Part shown: in pieces, positions 40,008 to 49,276 of the stretch | Position numbering within the stretch: position 1 is the stretch's first letter | Layout of the letters: every line of letters begins with the position of its first letter | Assembly (NCBI GenBank): GCA_964489685.1 | Contig: CAZAZR010000006.1 | Coordinates: 1 to 59,223, forward strand | DNA length: 59,223 bases | Direction: 5' to 3' | DNA from: an uncultured Solibacteraceae bacterium | GTDB lineage: Bacteria > Acidobacteriota > Vicinamibacteria > Vicinamibacterales > SCN-69-37 | The notes under the pieces: model-generated | Databases searched by the model: none | Told to the model about the DNA's origin: nothing | Seen by the model: only the letters and a program-made list of their open reading frames with translations | Position numbers and translations under genes: made by a program

Positions 40008-43000
40008 GTGCTCTCCTCGTCTGTTCGCCTTCTCGCCCTGGCTCTTGCAGCCGCCTTCGTCATTGCGACGGGGGGGGCGGCGTGGGAGTTCGTTCGTTTC
40101 GGCCCCAGCCAGGACACAGCCTCTCAGCACCTTCAATCCGAAGTGCGCGCGCGTCTTGACCACAGCGCCCGGCAATTGCGCGGGGCCGCCGCTCAGGTGG
40201 CCGCCAACGCCGCCCTCATTGAGGCCGCCACAAGCGACCGCGACCGTGTCGTCGACGTGTTTGCGGCGCTGCCCGACTCGCCTGATGCCGCCCTGACCGT
40301 CTATGTTCCGACAGGAACGGGGACGTTCAGTGTCCTTGCGTGGAACGACGGTCCCGCTGAAGACCTTGAGGTGCCCCCAGCCGTGCTGGACGCGCCGGGA
40401 TTGTTCGTGGCCCAAGGTACGCTGGGGCTGCGACTGGTGGCGTGGCACCCGGTGCGCGTCGATGCGCGCCGGGTCGGCATCGTTGCGGCCGAGCAAGTGC
40501 TTTCAACCACCGGAGGCCTGCACCCCAGCCTCGGTGAGTACCATCTGCTGACCTCGTTCGGCCCGGTTCAGGTGGTACCCTCCGCCAACGTCGTCGGCGT
40601 ACCGGCCGGCACGATCAAGACTGTGGTGCTGTCCGACAGCGCGCCGCTGCTCGATATCGTCTTTGCGCCCGTCACGCTCGATGCGGCGCGCCAGGAATTC
40701 CGTCGACGGGTTCTGCTCGCCGCCATCCTCCCGCTGGTGGGTGCGCTGCTGGTGCTTGCCGCCGGACTCGTCCAGAGCCGCCACCGCGGCGTGCAGGGCG
40801 CCGCCCCCATTCTTGTCCTGGCCGCAGGCGCCTTGTGTGTCTGGATTGGCTCATCGGCCGACCTTCCGCTCGTTGGTCTTACGGCCATCGGCGCCTTGAC
40901 TGCCGTCGGCTTCACTCTGACGCTGCCGGTGGCCGCGTGGTGGCGGACCTCGCCTCGTCGTCCGGTCTCCTCCGGCTCGCCGCTCGCCATGTGGGTGGAA
41001 CTGAGTGTCGGCGGGATCGTCAGCGCAGGGGTCCTATGGCTCACCTTCTGGGCCATCGATCGCCAACTCACTGCGGTTGGCTACGACCGCCTGGCGTCCC
41101 CGCTGTTTCCCCCCAACGCCGCCGTGCTCACCGCGCACGCTGCCCGCCACCTGCTGGCATTCGCCAGCGTCTGGGCCGTGGGTTCGCTGCTGGCCCGCTC
41201 GGCCGAACGCTGGCGGGTGTCCTGGAAGAGGCCTGTCGCGGCCGTCCTGACGGGCGCCGCGTGGGTCCTGCCCACGGCCATCGGCGCTGTGCCCAACCCC
41301 TGGTCTCCGCTGCCAACGCCCGCGCTGGTCGGCGTGGTCGGAGTCGCCGCCCTGTTTGCCCTGTCGGCGGTCGGACTCCGCCACTTCTATCGGCACGCGT
41401 CCCCGTCAACTCGGCTCTTGTCGCTCTGCGTCGCGGCCGTGATCCCCGCAGTCATTTGGTATCCGATCGTGGCGTTCTCGGGCAATCGCAGCACCGAGCG
41501 GCTGATTGAGAGCGCGTATGCCCCCACGACGATGGACCTGCCGCAGCAGCTCAGGCGGGAACTGGCGCGAGCCATTGAGGACGTGAATCGACTTCCCGAC
41601 CTCTCGGACTTATTGGCGCAGTCTCCGGGAGAACCCCGTGGTACTTCCACCGACGCCGCATTCCTGGTCTGGAGCCAGACGGGACTCTCACGCTCGCGCC
41701 TCACCTCGGCCCTTGAGCTATTCGGCCCCGACGGACGGCTCCTCAGCCGGTTTGCCTTGAACGTGCCTGACTATGGCATCGACCGCTCATCGGCCCAGAC
41801 CCGTTGCGAGTGGGATACCTATGGTGAGGTGACGTCGTTCGGCGCCCGCGAGCAGGCCACCCTGCACGCTGAGCGCAGCTTCTGCGACGCCTCAGGCCGT
41901 TCGACGGGATCGGTCGTCATCCATGTCCTCTTCGACTATCGGGCACTGCCTTTCATCTCGGCGATCAACCCGTACGACGACCTGCTCCGCAGAGCAATCC
42001 AGTCGCCCCAGATCCGGCCTCACGGCATCCAGACCGTGGTCTATGGATGGGGCCGGCAGGCCACATTTACGTCCGGCAGGACGGCGTGGTCGCTCGATCA
42101 GACGTTGCTGAGTCAGATCGAACGATCGCGCGACCCGTTCTGGACCACCCGGTCCACGGACACCGATACCTTCCGCGTCTACTTTGCCAACGACCGAGCG
42201 GGCATCTACGCGTTCGGGTATCCGATGCCACGAATGTTCGATCACCTGACCAAGCTGGCCGAAGGCACCGTGCTCTCTGCCCTCATGTTCGTCGTCTTGT
42301 TCAGTATCGGCACCCTGGTCGCGTCGATCGCGGGACGACGGGTGGCGCCGCTGCGCGCGCTGATCTTCGAAATCCGGACGAGCTTCTACCGCAAGCTGTT
42401 TCTGTATTTCGTGTTCACGGCTGTCGTCCCCGTCCTGGTATTTGCGTTCTCCTTCAGCGCCTACATGAGTGACAAACTTCGCGGAGATGTCGAAACCGAG
42501 GCTCTGACTGCCGCCACCATTGCGCGACGCGTGCTTGAGGACACGATCGCCTTGCAGGAAGTGCCGCCGACCGACGACATCCTAGTGTGGATTGGGCAGG
42601 TCATCAATCAGGACGTCAACCTGTTTGACGGCCCGCGGCTGAGCGCGACCTCACAGCGCGACCTCTTCGTGTCAGGCCTGCTCCCGGAGCGTACGCCTGC
42701 ACGCGCCTATCGCGCCGTCGTACTCGAGCGCCGCCCCTCGTTTGCGGCCGAAGATCGGGCCGGCTCGTTCAGCTACCTCGTCGCAGCGGCGCCCGTACCG
42801 GCACTGGGCCGACATGCCGTACTCAGCGTGCCGCTGGCGCTGCGGCAGCAGGAGATCGAACGCGAAATTACCGATCTCAATCGAGGCGTCTTACTGGGGG
42901 CCGTACTGGTCATTATGCTTGCGGCCTTCATCGGGGCCTCGGTCGCGCGGCGCGTCTCCGACCCCGTGGAACGCCTGACACGGGCCACGCAACAAATCGC

Positions 43001-43820
43001 GGCCGGCGAATTCAACGTCCGGATCGTGGCCGACACGGCCGACGAACTCCGGCGGCTCGTCAACGACTTCAACGGCATGGCCGCCACCCTCCGGTCGCAA
43101 CGCGAGGAACTGGGCCGCGCGCACGAACTGAAGGCGTGGGCCGACATGTCACGACAGGTCGCCCATGACATCAAGAACCCTCTGACGCCCATTCAACTGG
43201 CAGCCGAACACCTGCAACGAGTGCACGTGGACCAGGGGCGTCCGCTCGGCGCCGTGTTCGATCAGTGCATCGGGACCGTGTTGAAACAGGTCAAACTGCT
43301 CCGGCAACTGGCCAACGAGTTCTCATCATTTGCCGCCGTGCCCGTTCCGCAACTCGAGCGGGTCTCGCTGGCGGCGCTTCTCCAGGACGTGGTCGAACCC
43401 TATCGCGCCGGACTCGCGTCCCACACCGAGATCCTGGTCGATGTGGCGCCCCACACCCCTGACGCACGCGCGGATCGCACGCTCCTGGCCCGAGCGATGA
43501 CGAACCTGGTCGAAAACGCGCTGCAAGCCATGCCCTCGGGCGGCCGCGTGCGGTTCTCGGCCGCCGCCGACGATGCGGGTGACGTGCGAGTGATGTGCGT
43601 CGATGACGGCATCGGCATGACGAGCGACGCGGCCGCACGCGCGTTTGAGCCGCACTTCCCAACGAAGACCGGCGGGTCAGGGCTCGGTCTGGCCAACGCC
43701 CGGCAGAACATCGCCTCGTGCGGCGGATCGATTTCTCTGGAGAGCACCCTGGGTCAGGGCACCACTGTGACGGTCAGGCTTCCGGTGGCGGGGCCGGACG
43801 ACGACCGCGGACACGAGTGA
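40008..43820 (+). CDS. Giant polytopic sensor histidine kinase, NtrY-like transmitter (HAMP-HisKA-HATPase)
   Basis: 1270 aa with roughly a dozen hydrophobic segments by eye and three large extracytoplasmic-looking regions. HAMP (RRVSDPVERLTRATQQIAAGEF...ADELRRLVNDFNGMA), H-box SRQVAHDIKNPLTPIQL, N-box LVENALQAM and G-boxes DDGIGM / GGSGLGLA. Confidence 0.8.
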   Translation: MLSSSVRLLALALAAAFVIATGGAAWEFVRFGPSQDTASQHLQSEVRARLDHSARQLRGAAAQVAANAALIEAATSDRDRVVDVFAALPDSPDAALTVYVPTGTGTFSVLAWNDGPAEDLEVPPAVLDAPGLFVAQGTLGLRLVAWHPVRVDARRVGIVAAEQVLSTTGGLHPSLGEYHLLTSFGPVQVVPSANVVGVPAGTIKTVVLSDSAPLLDIVFAPVTLDAARQEFRRRVLLAAILPLVGALLVLAAGLVQSRHRGVQGAAPILVLAAGALCVWIGSSADLPLVGLTAIGALTAVGFTLTLPVAAWWRTSPRRPVSSGSPLAMWVELSVGGIVSAGVLWLTFWAIDRQLTAVGYDRLASPLFPPNAAVLTAHAARHLLAFASVWAVGSLLARSAERWRVSWKRPVAAVLTGAAWVLPTAIGAVPNPWSPLPTPALVGVVGVAALFALSAVGLRHFYRHASPSTRLLSLCVAAVIPAVIWYPIVAFSGNRSTERLIESAYAPTTMDLPQQLRRELARAIEDVNRLPDLSDLLAQSPGEPRGTSTDAAFLVWSQTGLSRSRLTSALELFGPDGRLLSRFALNVPDYGIDRSSAQTRCEWDTYGEVTSFGAREQATLHAERSFCDASGRSTGSVVIHVLFDYRALPFISAINPYDDLLRRAIQSPQIRPHGIQTVVYGWGRQATFTSGRTAWSLDQTLLSQIERSRDPFWTTRSTDTDTFRVYFANDRAGIYAFGYPMPRMFDHLTKLAEGTVLSALMFVVLFSIGTLVASIAGRRVAPLRALIFEIRTSFYRKLFLYFVFTAVVPVLVFAFSFSAYMSDKLRGDVETEALTAATIARRVLEDTIALQEVPPTDDILVWIGQVINQDVNLFDGPRLSATSQRDLFVSGLLPERTPARAYRAVVLERRPSFAAEDRAGSFSYLVAAAPVPALGRHAVLSVPLALRQQEIEREITDLNRGVLLGAVLVIMLAAFIGASVARRVSDPVERLTRATQQIAAGEFNVRIVADTADELRRLVNDFNGMAATLRSQREELGRAHELKAWADMSRQVAHDIKNPLTPIQLAAEHLQRVHVDQGRPLGAVFDQCIGTVLKQVKLLRQLANEFSSFAAVPVPQLERVSLAALLQDVVEPYRAGLASHTEILVDVAPHTPDARADRTLLARAMTNLVENALQAMPSGGRVRFSAAADDAGDVRVMCVDDGIGMTSDAAARAFEPHFPTKTGGSGLGLANARQNIASCGGSISLESTLGQGTTVTVRLPVAGPDDDRGHE

Positions 43821-44547
43821 GAGCCATCCCGACGAACGCCGAGGCGAGGTAGGCGTAGGCGATGATGATCAGGGCCCAACTGGGCTCGGTCGCGATGAAC
43901 ACCAGCAAGGCCGCGAACACGAAGAGCTTGATGTACGAGCGCTCCCACCCGAAGTTGATGGTCTTGAAACTGCGAAAGCGAATCGTGCTGACCATCAGGA
44001 TGGCGGGAATGACCACCACCGCAATCGCCGCCAAGGCCTGCGTCTTCCCCATCAGCGGGTAGGGGTAGAAAAAAATTGTCGCGGCGGGGACACCGGCCGC
44101 CGCAGGACTGGGCATGCCGATGAAATACGCCTTGTCGGTTTGCGTCCCCGTCTGGATATTGAAGCGTGCGAGCCGAATCGCGGCCGCGGCGACATACAGG
44201 AAGCCTGCGGCCCATCCCCATCGCCCCAATTCTGAGAGGCCCCAGGCCGACGCCAGCACGGCCGGTGCCAGCCCGAACGAGATCACATCGGCGAGCGAGT
44301 CAAACTCGACTCCAAACGCGCTGGTGGTCCCGGTCAGTCGCGCGATCCGGCCGTCCAGCATGTCCAGGACGACGGCCACGCCAATAAACGGCGCCGCCGT
44401 CGTGAGGTCCCCGCGCATGGCGTACATGACGCAGGCATAACCGCAAAACAGGTTGCCAACGGTAATGAGGCTGGGCAACAGATAGGTACCCCGCCTGGCT
44501 TTGCGCCCATTCCGACCGAACCGACCGGTGGGCAATCCCTGGCTCAT
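43774..44547 (-). CDS. pssA: CDP-diacylglycerol-serine O-phosphatidyltransferase
   Basis: CDP-alcohol phosphatidyltransferase motif DMLDGRIAR.....S.FG.EFDSLAD, with N-terminal LPSLITVGNLFCGY typical of bacterial type II PssA. Confidence 0.88.
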   Translation of the reverse strand: MSQGLPTGRFGRNGRKARRGTYLLPSLITVGNLFCGYACVMYAMRGDLTTAAPFIGVAVVLDMLDGRIARLTGTTSAFGVEFDSLADVISFGLAPAVLASAWGLSELGRWGWAAGFLYVAAAAIRLARFNIQTGTQTDKAYFIGMPSPAAAGVPAATIFFYPYPLMGKTQALAAIAVVVIPAILMVSTIRFRSFKTINFGWERSYIKLFVFAALLVFIATEPSWALIIIAYAYLASAFVGMALTRVRGRRPAPPPEA

Positions 44548-44570
44548 TCAAGGACCATCATAACGTGCCC

Positions 44571-45200
44571 TCAGGCTGGCCACCGCGCCAGGACCGTGTC
44601 GCCCCCGCGCACCGTCTGTCGCTCGGTGACTTCCAGCCGCGCCGTGGGCGGCACAAACACATCCATGCGCGAACCGAACTTCATCAGGCCCAGCCGTGCC
44701 CCCGCGTCCACCTGCTGGCCGGGCGTCAGACGGCAGACCACCCGGCGCGCCAGAAGGCCGACCACCTGCCGCGCAACCACCGGTACGCCTGCGTGATCAA
44801 ACCAGATCTCGGAACGTTCGTTGCGAAAGGCCTCGCGTTTGTAGGCCGGCAGAAAACTCCCCGGCTGGTAGTCCACCCGGGTCACGCGCCCAGACACCGG
44901 TGTGCGGTTGATGTGGACATCCAGGACCGAGAGAAAAATAGTCACTTGCAGCCACGGGCCGCCGGCGGGGGCTTCCTCTGGACGGGCCGGACCGGCATAC
45001 ATGACCGTGCCGTCGGCCGGCGACAACACCAGCGAGGGGTCCTGCGACGGTGTGCGCTCGGGGTCACGAAAAAACGCGCCCGTCGCCAGCGGCAACAGCA
45101 AGGCCGGCACTGCGGCCAGGGCTCCCCACCATAGCCAGACGATCACCGTCGGGACGGCAGCGATCAGGACAAACGGAACAGCGGCTCGATCGATTCGCAT
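44571..45200 (-). CDS. psd: Phosphatidylserine decarboxylase proenzyme (short Asd-type)
   Basis: N-terminal membrane anchor, and a C-terminal self-cleavage site context LMKFGSRMDVFVP (G-S). Directly upstream of pssA. Start at ATG 45200, or at 45269 as in the track. Confidence 0.8.
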   Translation of the reverse strand: MRIDRAAVPFVLIAAVPTVIVWLWWGALAAVPALLLPLATGAFFRDPERTPSQDPSLVLSPADGTVMYAGPARPEEAPAGGPWLQVTIFLSVLDVHINRTPVSGRVTRVDYQPGSFLPAYKREAFRNERSEIWFDHAGVPVVARQVVGLLARRVVCRLTPGQQVDAGARLGLMKFGSRMDVFVPPTARLEVTERQTVRGGDTVLARWPA

Positions 45201-45413
45201 GCACTCACTCGCGAGCACACCGGCCGCGGCCCCGGGAACGTCCCGGAACCATGACCGGTGTGAAGCCACCAGTGTAGTGCGTCAGCGGCGCGTTGCGGCG
45301 GTCAGCGCGGCGATCTGATCCTTAATCGCGAGCTTGCGCTTCTTCAGCGTGAGTTCTTCGAGGTGTTGGGCCTCATGCCCTGCCTCCTCCGTGCGTTCAG
45401 CGGGAGATTACCA

Positions 45414-45953
45414 TCAGCCCGCCTGACCGACAAGCACCGTCAGCGCCCGGTGCCACAGAATCAGCGCATCCTCCCTGGGCTGCTGATAGTAGTTCGCCCG
45501 CACCCCCTCCACCTGGAACCCCAGGCCGTTGTAGAGTGCGAGCGCTGGCACATTGGATCGCCGCACTTCGAGGGTCGCAGACGACGCCCCGTCGGCCACG
45601 GCATCGCGAAATACCCCGGCCAGCAGCCGTCGTGCGTGCCCCTGGCGCCGGGCCTCGGGCACGACCGCGAGGCTGTTGATATGGAGTTCGTCGAAGATCA
45701 GCCAGCACGCGCAATACGCCAATGGGGGCGCCGTGGCACCCGGTGACGGTCCCGTGGCGTCCAACACGTACAGCCGCGCCACGTCCGTTTCACGCAGTTC
45801 CCAGTTGATCGCCTCGGCGCTCCAGGGATTGGTGAACGACTGGCGCTGGATGTGCGCCACCGCGTCCAGTGGTTCGCCGGCCTGCACGCGCCGTACGCCG
45901 GTCACGGCGTCAGGGACCACCGGGTCGGCCCCGCTCGCGTGCCAATTCGACAT
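45414..45953 (-). CDS. rimI: Ribosomal-protein-alanine N-acetyltransferase (GNAT)
   Basis: SFTNPWS...ELHINSLAVVPEARRQGHARRLL...LEVR.SN..A..LY...GF GNAT motifs A/B, downstream of tsaB. The start is uncertain (ATG 45953 or a GTG near 45917-45920). Confidence 0.7.
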   Translation of the reverse strand: MSNWHASGADPVVPDAVTGVRRVQAGEPLDAVAHIQRQSFTNPWSAEAINWELRETDVARLYVLDATGPSPGATAPPLAYCACWLIFDELHINSLAVVPEARRQGHARRLLAGVFRDAVADGASSATLEVRRSNVPALALYNGLGFQVEGVRANYYQQPREDALILWHRALTVLVGQAG

Positions 45954-46605
45954 CGGGGCGGCGCACGTAGAGCGGGCGCAGTGCATGCGGCGCGGCCGCC
46001 GGCCATCCGCCGCCTGCGGCAAGGCGCGCCGCACCCACGGCCATCGGCTCCATCACGCCGACGATGTCGTCGCTCACGTCGAACCACGAAGACGCGTAAC
46101 GCACCGCGCCGCTGCCGACAAACGAAACGCCACCCGGGTGGGCCGTCCATCGCACGTGATCGGGCGCCGCGACGGCCGGATCACCCAGCGGATGCATGGC
46201 CTGGCCGTCGAACAGGAACTCGCGCACGAATACCTCTGAGCGCAGGCCATCAAGGCAGGCCACGACCGTTCTCGACGGCTGCCCGGCGTGCGCCACCCGC
46301 CAACCCTCGGCGATCGCGTCGAGGGTTGGTATGGCCGTGATCCGCCACCCCCGCGTCAGCGCGAGGCCCTGCGCGCTCGCCATGCCGATGCGCACGCCGG
46401 TGAACGATCCCGGCCCCGACACCACCGCCAGCAGATTCACGATGTCGAGCGCCACCCCAGCCGTGGCCAGCGTCTCGAGCCATGCCAGAGGGAACCGCGC
46501 CGCATGTGGCTGGGTGGCGTCGCCGGTGCGGGACGTCAGGATGCCGTCGCGCCAGACAGCCACACTTCCCTGCGGCGTGACGGTTTCGAGCGCCAGGACC
46601 ACCAT
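45910..46605 (-). CDS. tsaB: tRNA threonylcarbamoyladenosine biosynthesis protein TsaB
   Basis: MVVLALETVTPQGSVAV... and VVSGPGSFTGVRIGMA motifs of the TsaB/YeaZ family. Start at ATG 46605. Confidence 0.8.
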   Translation of the reverse strand: MVVLALETVTPQGSVAVWRDGILTSRTGDATQPHAARFPLAWLETLATAGVALDIVNLLAVVSGPGSFTGVRIGMASAQGLALTRGWRITAIPTLDAIAEGWRVAHAGQPSRTVVACLDGLRSEVFVREFLFDGQAMHPLGDPAVAAPDHVRWTAHPGGVSFVGSGAVRYASSWFDVSDDIVGVMEPMAVGAARLAAGGGWPAAAPHALRPLYVRRPDVELARERGRPGGP

Positions 46606-46648
46606 GACCGCAATGTTATACTCGACCGAGTCCTTCGGCCGTTTCCCC

Positions 46649-49276
46649 GTGACAACTTCGCCTTCCTCGCTCGCCGCCACACCGGCCATGCGTCAGTACC
46701 TGGACGCGAAGCGGCAGCATCGCGACGCCATCGTGCTGTTTCGCATGGGCGATTTCTACGAGATGTTCTTTGAAGACGCGATCACGGCCTCCCGAGTGCT
46801 GGAACTGACGCTGACGTCGCGATCGAAGGACACGGCCGGGTCGGCCATCCCGATGTGCGGCATGCCGTACCACGCCGTCGATGGCTATTTGTCGCGTCTG
46901 GTCCGCAAGGGATATCGCGTGGCCCTCTGCGAACAGGTGGAGGATCCGAAAACAGCCAAGGGGCTGGTCAAGCGGGAAGTCACACGCGTGGTGTCACCCG
47001 GGACGTTCACCGACGCGGGGTATCTCGACGCCCGCGAGCCCGCGTTTCTGGCAGCGGTCGCACAGCAGGGGCCGGACCGGTACGGGGTGGCGTGCCTCGA
47101 CGTGTCGACCGGAGAGTTCTCGGCGGCCGAATGGACCGGTGGGGACGCGGCACAGTCGGTGTCGGCAGAACTCGCGGTCCTTCGGCCGAAGGAACTTCTG
47201 GCGGCCGAGGGCACGGATCTCGATCGCGTGCTCTCGCCGCTGGCCTCGCCGCGAGTGACCCGGCTCGACGCCTGGATTTTCGAGGTGGGTCGTGCCCGCG
47301 AGGTGCTGCTTGACCAGATGCGTACGGCGTCACTGTCGGGTTTCGGCCTCGAAGACGCGCCCGCAGCGACCGCCGCGGCTGGCGCCATCGTGCACTATCT
47401 GCGCACCACGCAACGTGTGGAACTGGCCCATGTCCGCGACATCTCGCGACGCCTGTCGGCCGACGCGTTGCTCATCGACCCGGTGACCCTGCGCCACCTC
47501 AATGTCGTGGAGGGTGTGGATGGCGGCCGGACGGGGTCGCTGCTGGATGAAATCGATCGCACGGCCACGGCGATGGGCGGACGCCTGATGCGCGCATGGC
47601 TCGTGCGGCCGCTCGTCGCGTTGGCGCGTATCCAGGACCGCCTCGACGCCGTGGAGGACTTCGCGTTTCACGCCACCGACCGTGCGAAGCTCCGGGACCT
47701 GCTCAAGGGCATGCACGACCTTGAGCGGCTGGTGGCGCGAGCCGCGCTGGGCACCGTGGGGCCCCGCGACCTCGTGGCACTCGGCCAGTCGCTGACACTG
47801 CTGCCGCGTCTGCGCACGCTCCTCGGCGACCTGCAGGCACCGCTCGTCCGCAGTCTGCTGGCCGAGGTGGACGACCTGACCGACGTGCGCAATACCATCG
47901 ACGACACGCTCGTGTCGGAGCCGCCGGCCGTGGCGCGCGACGGCGGACTCATCCGTGACGGTGTGGATGCCGAAATCGATGAACTGCGCGGCATCAGTCG
48001 CGGCGGGAAGACGGCGATTGCCGCCATGGAAGACGCCGAGCGCACGCGCACCGGGATCAACTCGCTCAAGATTCGCTACAACCGTGTCTTCGGCTACTAC
48101 ATCGAGATCACGAAGGCCCAGCTGGCGAACGCCCCGCCCGAGTACATTCGCAAACAGACCATTGCCGGCGGCGAGCGCTACATCACACCGGCACTCAAGG
48201 AGTTCGAGGAAAAAGTGCTGCACGCCGACGAGCACCTGGTGACTCGAGAACTGGCACTCTTTGAGGCGCTTCGGCTGCGCGTGGCCGCCGAGTCGCCCCG
48301 CATTCTCGATACGGCCCGCGCCGTGGCCACGCTCGACGTGCTCAGCGCACTCGCCGAAACCGCGTCTTCGGGAAACTACACGAAGCCGCAGGTGCACGAC
48401 GCCGACGAACTGTCGGCGGTGGACGCCAGGCACCCCGTGGTTGAGCGCCACGCTGCGGCGGCCTTTGTGCCCAACGACGTGTCGCTCAACGGCACGACGC
48501 GCCAGTTGGTCATCCTGACGGGCCCGAACATGGGCGGCAAGTCCACCTTCCTTCGTCAGACCGCCCTGCTCGCCGTGCTCGCGCAGATGGGGTCGTTTGT
48601 GCCGGCTCGCCGCGCCAAGCTGTCCATTGTGGACCGCATCTTCGCGCGAGTCGGCGCCTCCGATAACATCGCGCGCGGCCAGTCCACGTTCATGGTGGAA
48701 ATGCAGGAGACCGCCACCATCCTGCACATGGCCACATCGCGAAGCCTGGTCATCCTTGACGAGATTGGCCGCGGCACGGCCACGTTCGATGGACTCAGCC
48801 TCGCCTGGGCCGTTGCCGAGTACCTGGCCACGAGCGATCGGGCACGGCCCAAGACGATCTTCGCGACGCACTATCACGAACTGACAGACCTTGCCGATGC
48901 TGTGTCCGGTGTGGCCAATTTTCACGTGGCCGCTCGGGAGTTCAAAGACGACATTGTGTTCCTTCACAAAGTGATTGAAGGCCGGTCGGACCGTTCCTAC
49001 GGCATTCAGGTCGCGCGCCTTGCCGGACTGCCGCCGTCGGTTGTCCGCCGCGCGACCGAGATTCTGAGATCGCTCGAACAGGATGAGCTGCAGCGTGGTG
49101 GACGGCCGAGCCTGAGCGGAGCCCCCGCTCCTGCGCAGAGCCAATTGGGACTGTTCCAACTGGCTCCCGATACCCATCCCATGGTGGACCGCGTCAGGAA
49201 GATCGATCTCGAGCGCATGACGCCGATCGAGGCGCTCAACCTCCTGGCCGACCTCAAGCGCGAGGCCGATCAATGA
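46649..49276 (+). CDS. mutS: DNA mismatch repair protein MutS
   Basis: TPAMRQYLDAKRQHRDAIVLFRMGDFYEMFFEDA mismatch-binding start, Walker A TGPNMGGKSTFLRQ, and STFMVEM / DEIGRGT motifs. Start set at GTG 46649 (ATG 46688 is the alternative). The upstream 150 codons of the track ORF are antisense to tsaB. Confidence 0.93.
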   Translation: MTTSPSSLAATPAMRQYLDAKRQHRDAIVLFRMGDFYEMFFEDAITASRVLELTLTSRSKDTAGSAIPMCGMPYHAVDGYLSRLVRKGYRVALCEQVEDPKTAKGLVKREVTRVVSPGTFTDAGYLDAREPAFLAAVAQQGPDRYGVACLDVSTGEFSAAEWTGGDAAQSVSAELAVLRPKELLAAEGTDLDRVLSPLASPRVTRLDAWIFEVGRAREVLLDQMRTASLSGFGLEDAPAATAAAGAIVHYLRTTQRVELAHVRDISRRLSADALLIDPVTLRHLNVVEGVDGGRTGSLLDEIDRTATAMGGRLMRAWLVRPLVALARIQDRLDAVEDFAFHATDRAKLRDLLKGMHDLERLVARAALGTVGPRDLVALGQSLTLLPRLRTLLGDLQAPLVRSLLAEVDDLTDVRNTIDDTLVSEPPAVARDGGLIRDGVDAEIDELRGISRGGKTAIAAMEDAERTRTGINSLKIRYNRVFGYYIEITKAQLANAPPEYIRKQTIAGGERYITPALKEFEEKVLHADEHLVTRELALFEALRLRVAAESPRILDTARAVATLDVLSALAETASSGNYTKPQVHDADELSAVDARHPVVERHAAAAFVPNDVSLNGTTRQLVILTGPNMGGKSTFLRQTALLAVLAQMGSFVPARRAKLSIVDRIFARVGASDNIARGQSTFMVEMQETATILHMATSRSLVILDEIGRGTATFDGLSLAWAVAEYLATSDRARPKTIFATHYHELTDLADAVSGVANFHVAAREFKDDIVFLHKVIEGRSDRSYGIQVARLAGLPPSVVRRATEILRSLEQDELQRGGRPSLSGAPAPAQSQLGLFQLAPDTHPMVDRVRKIDLERMTPIEALNLLADLKREADQ

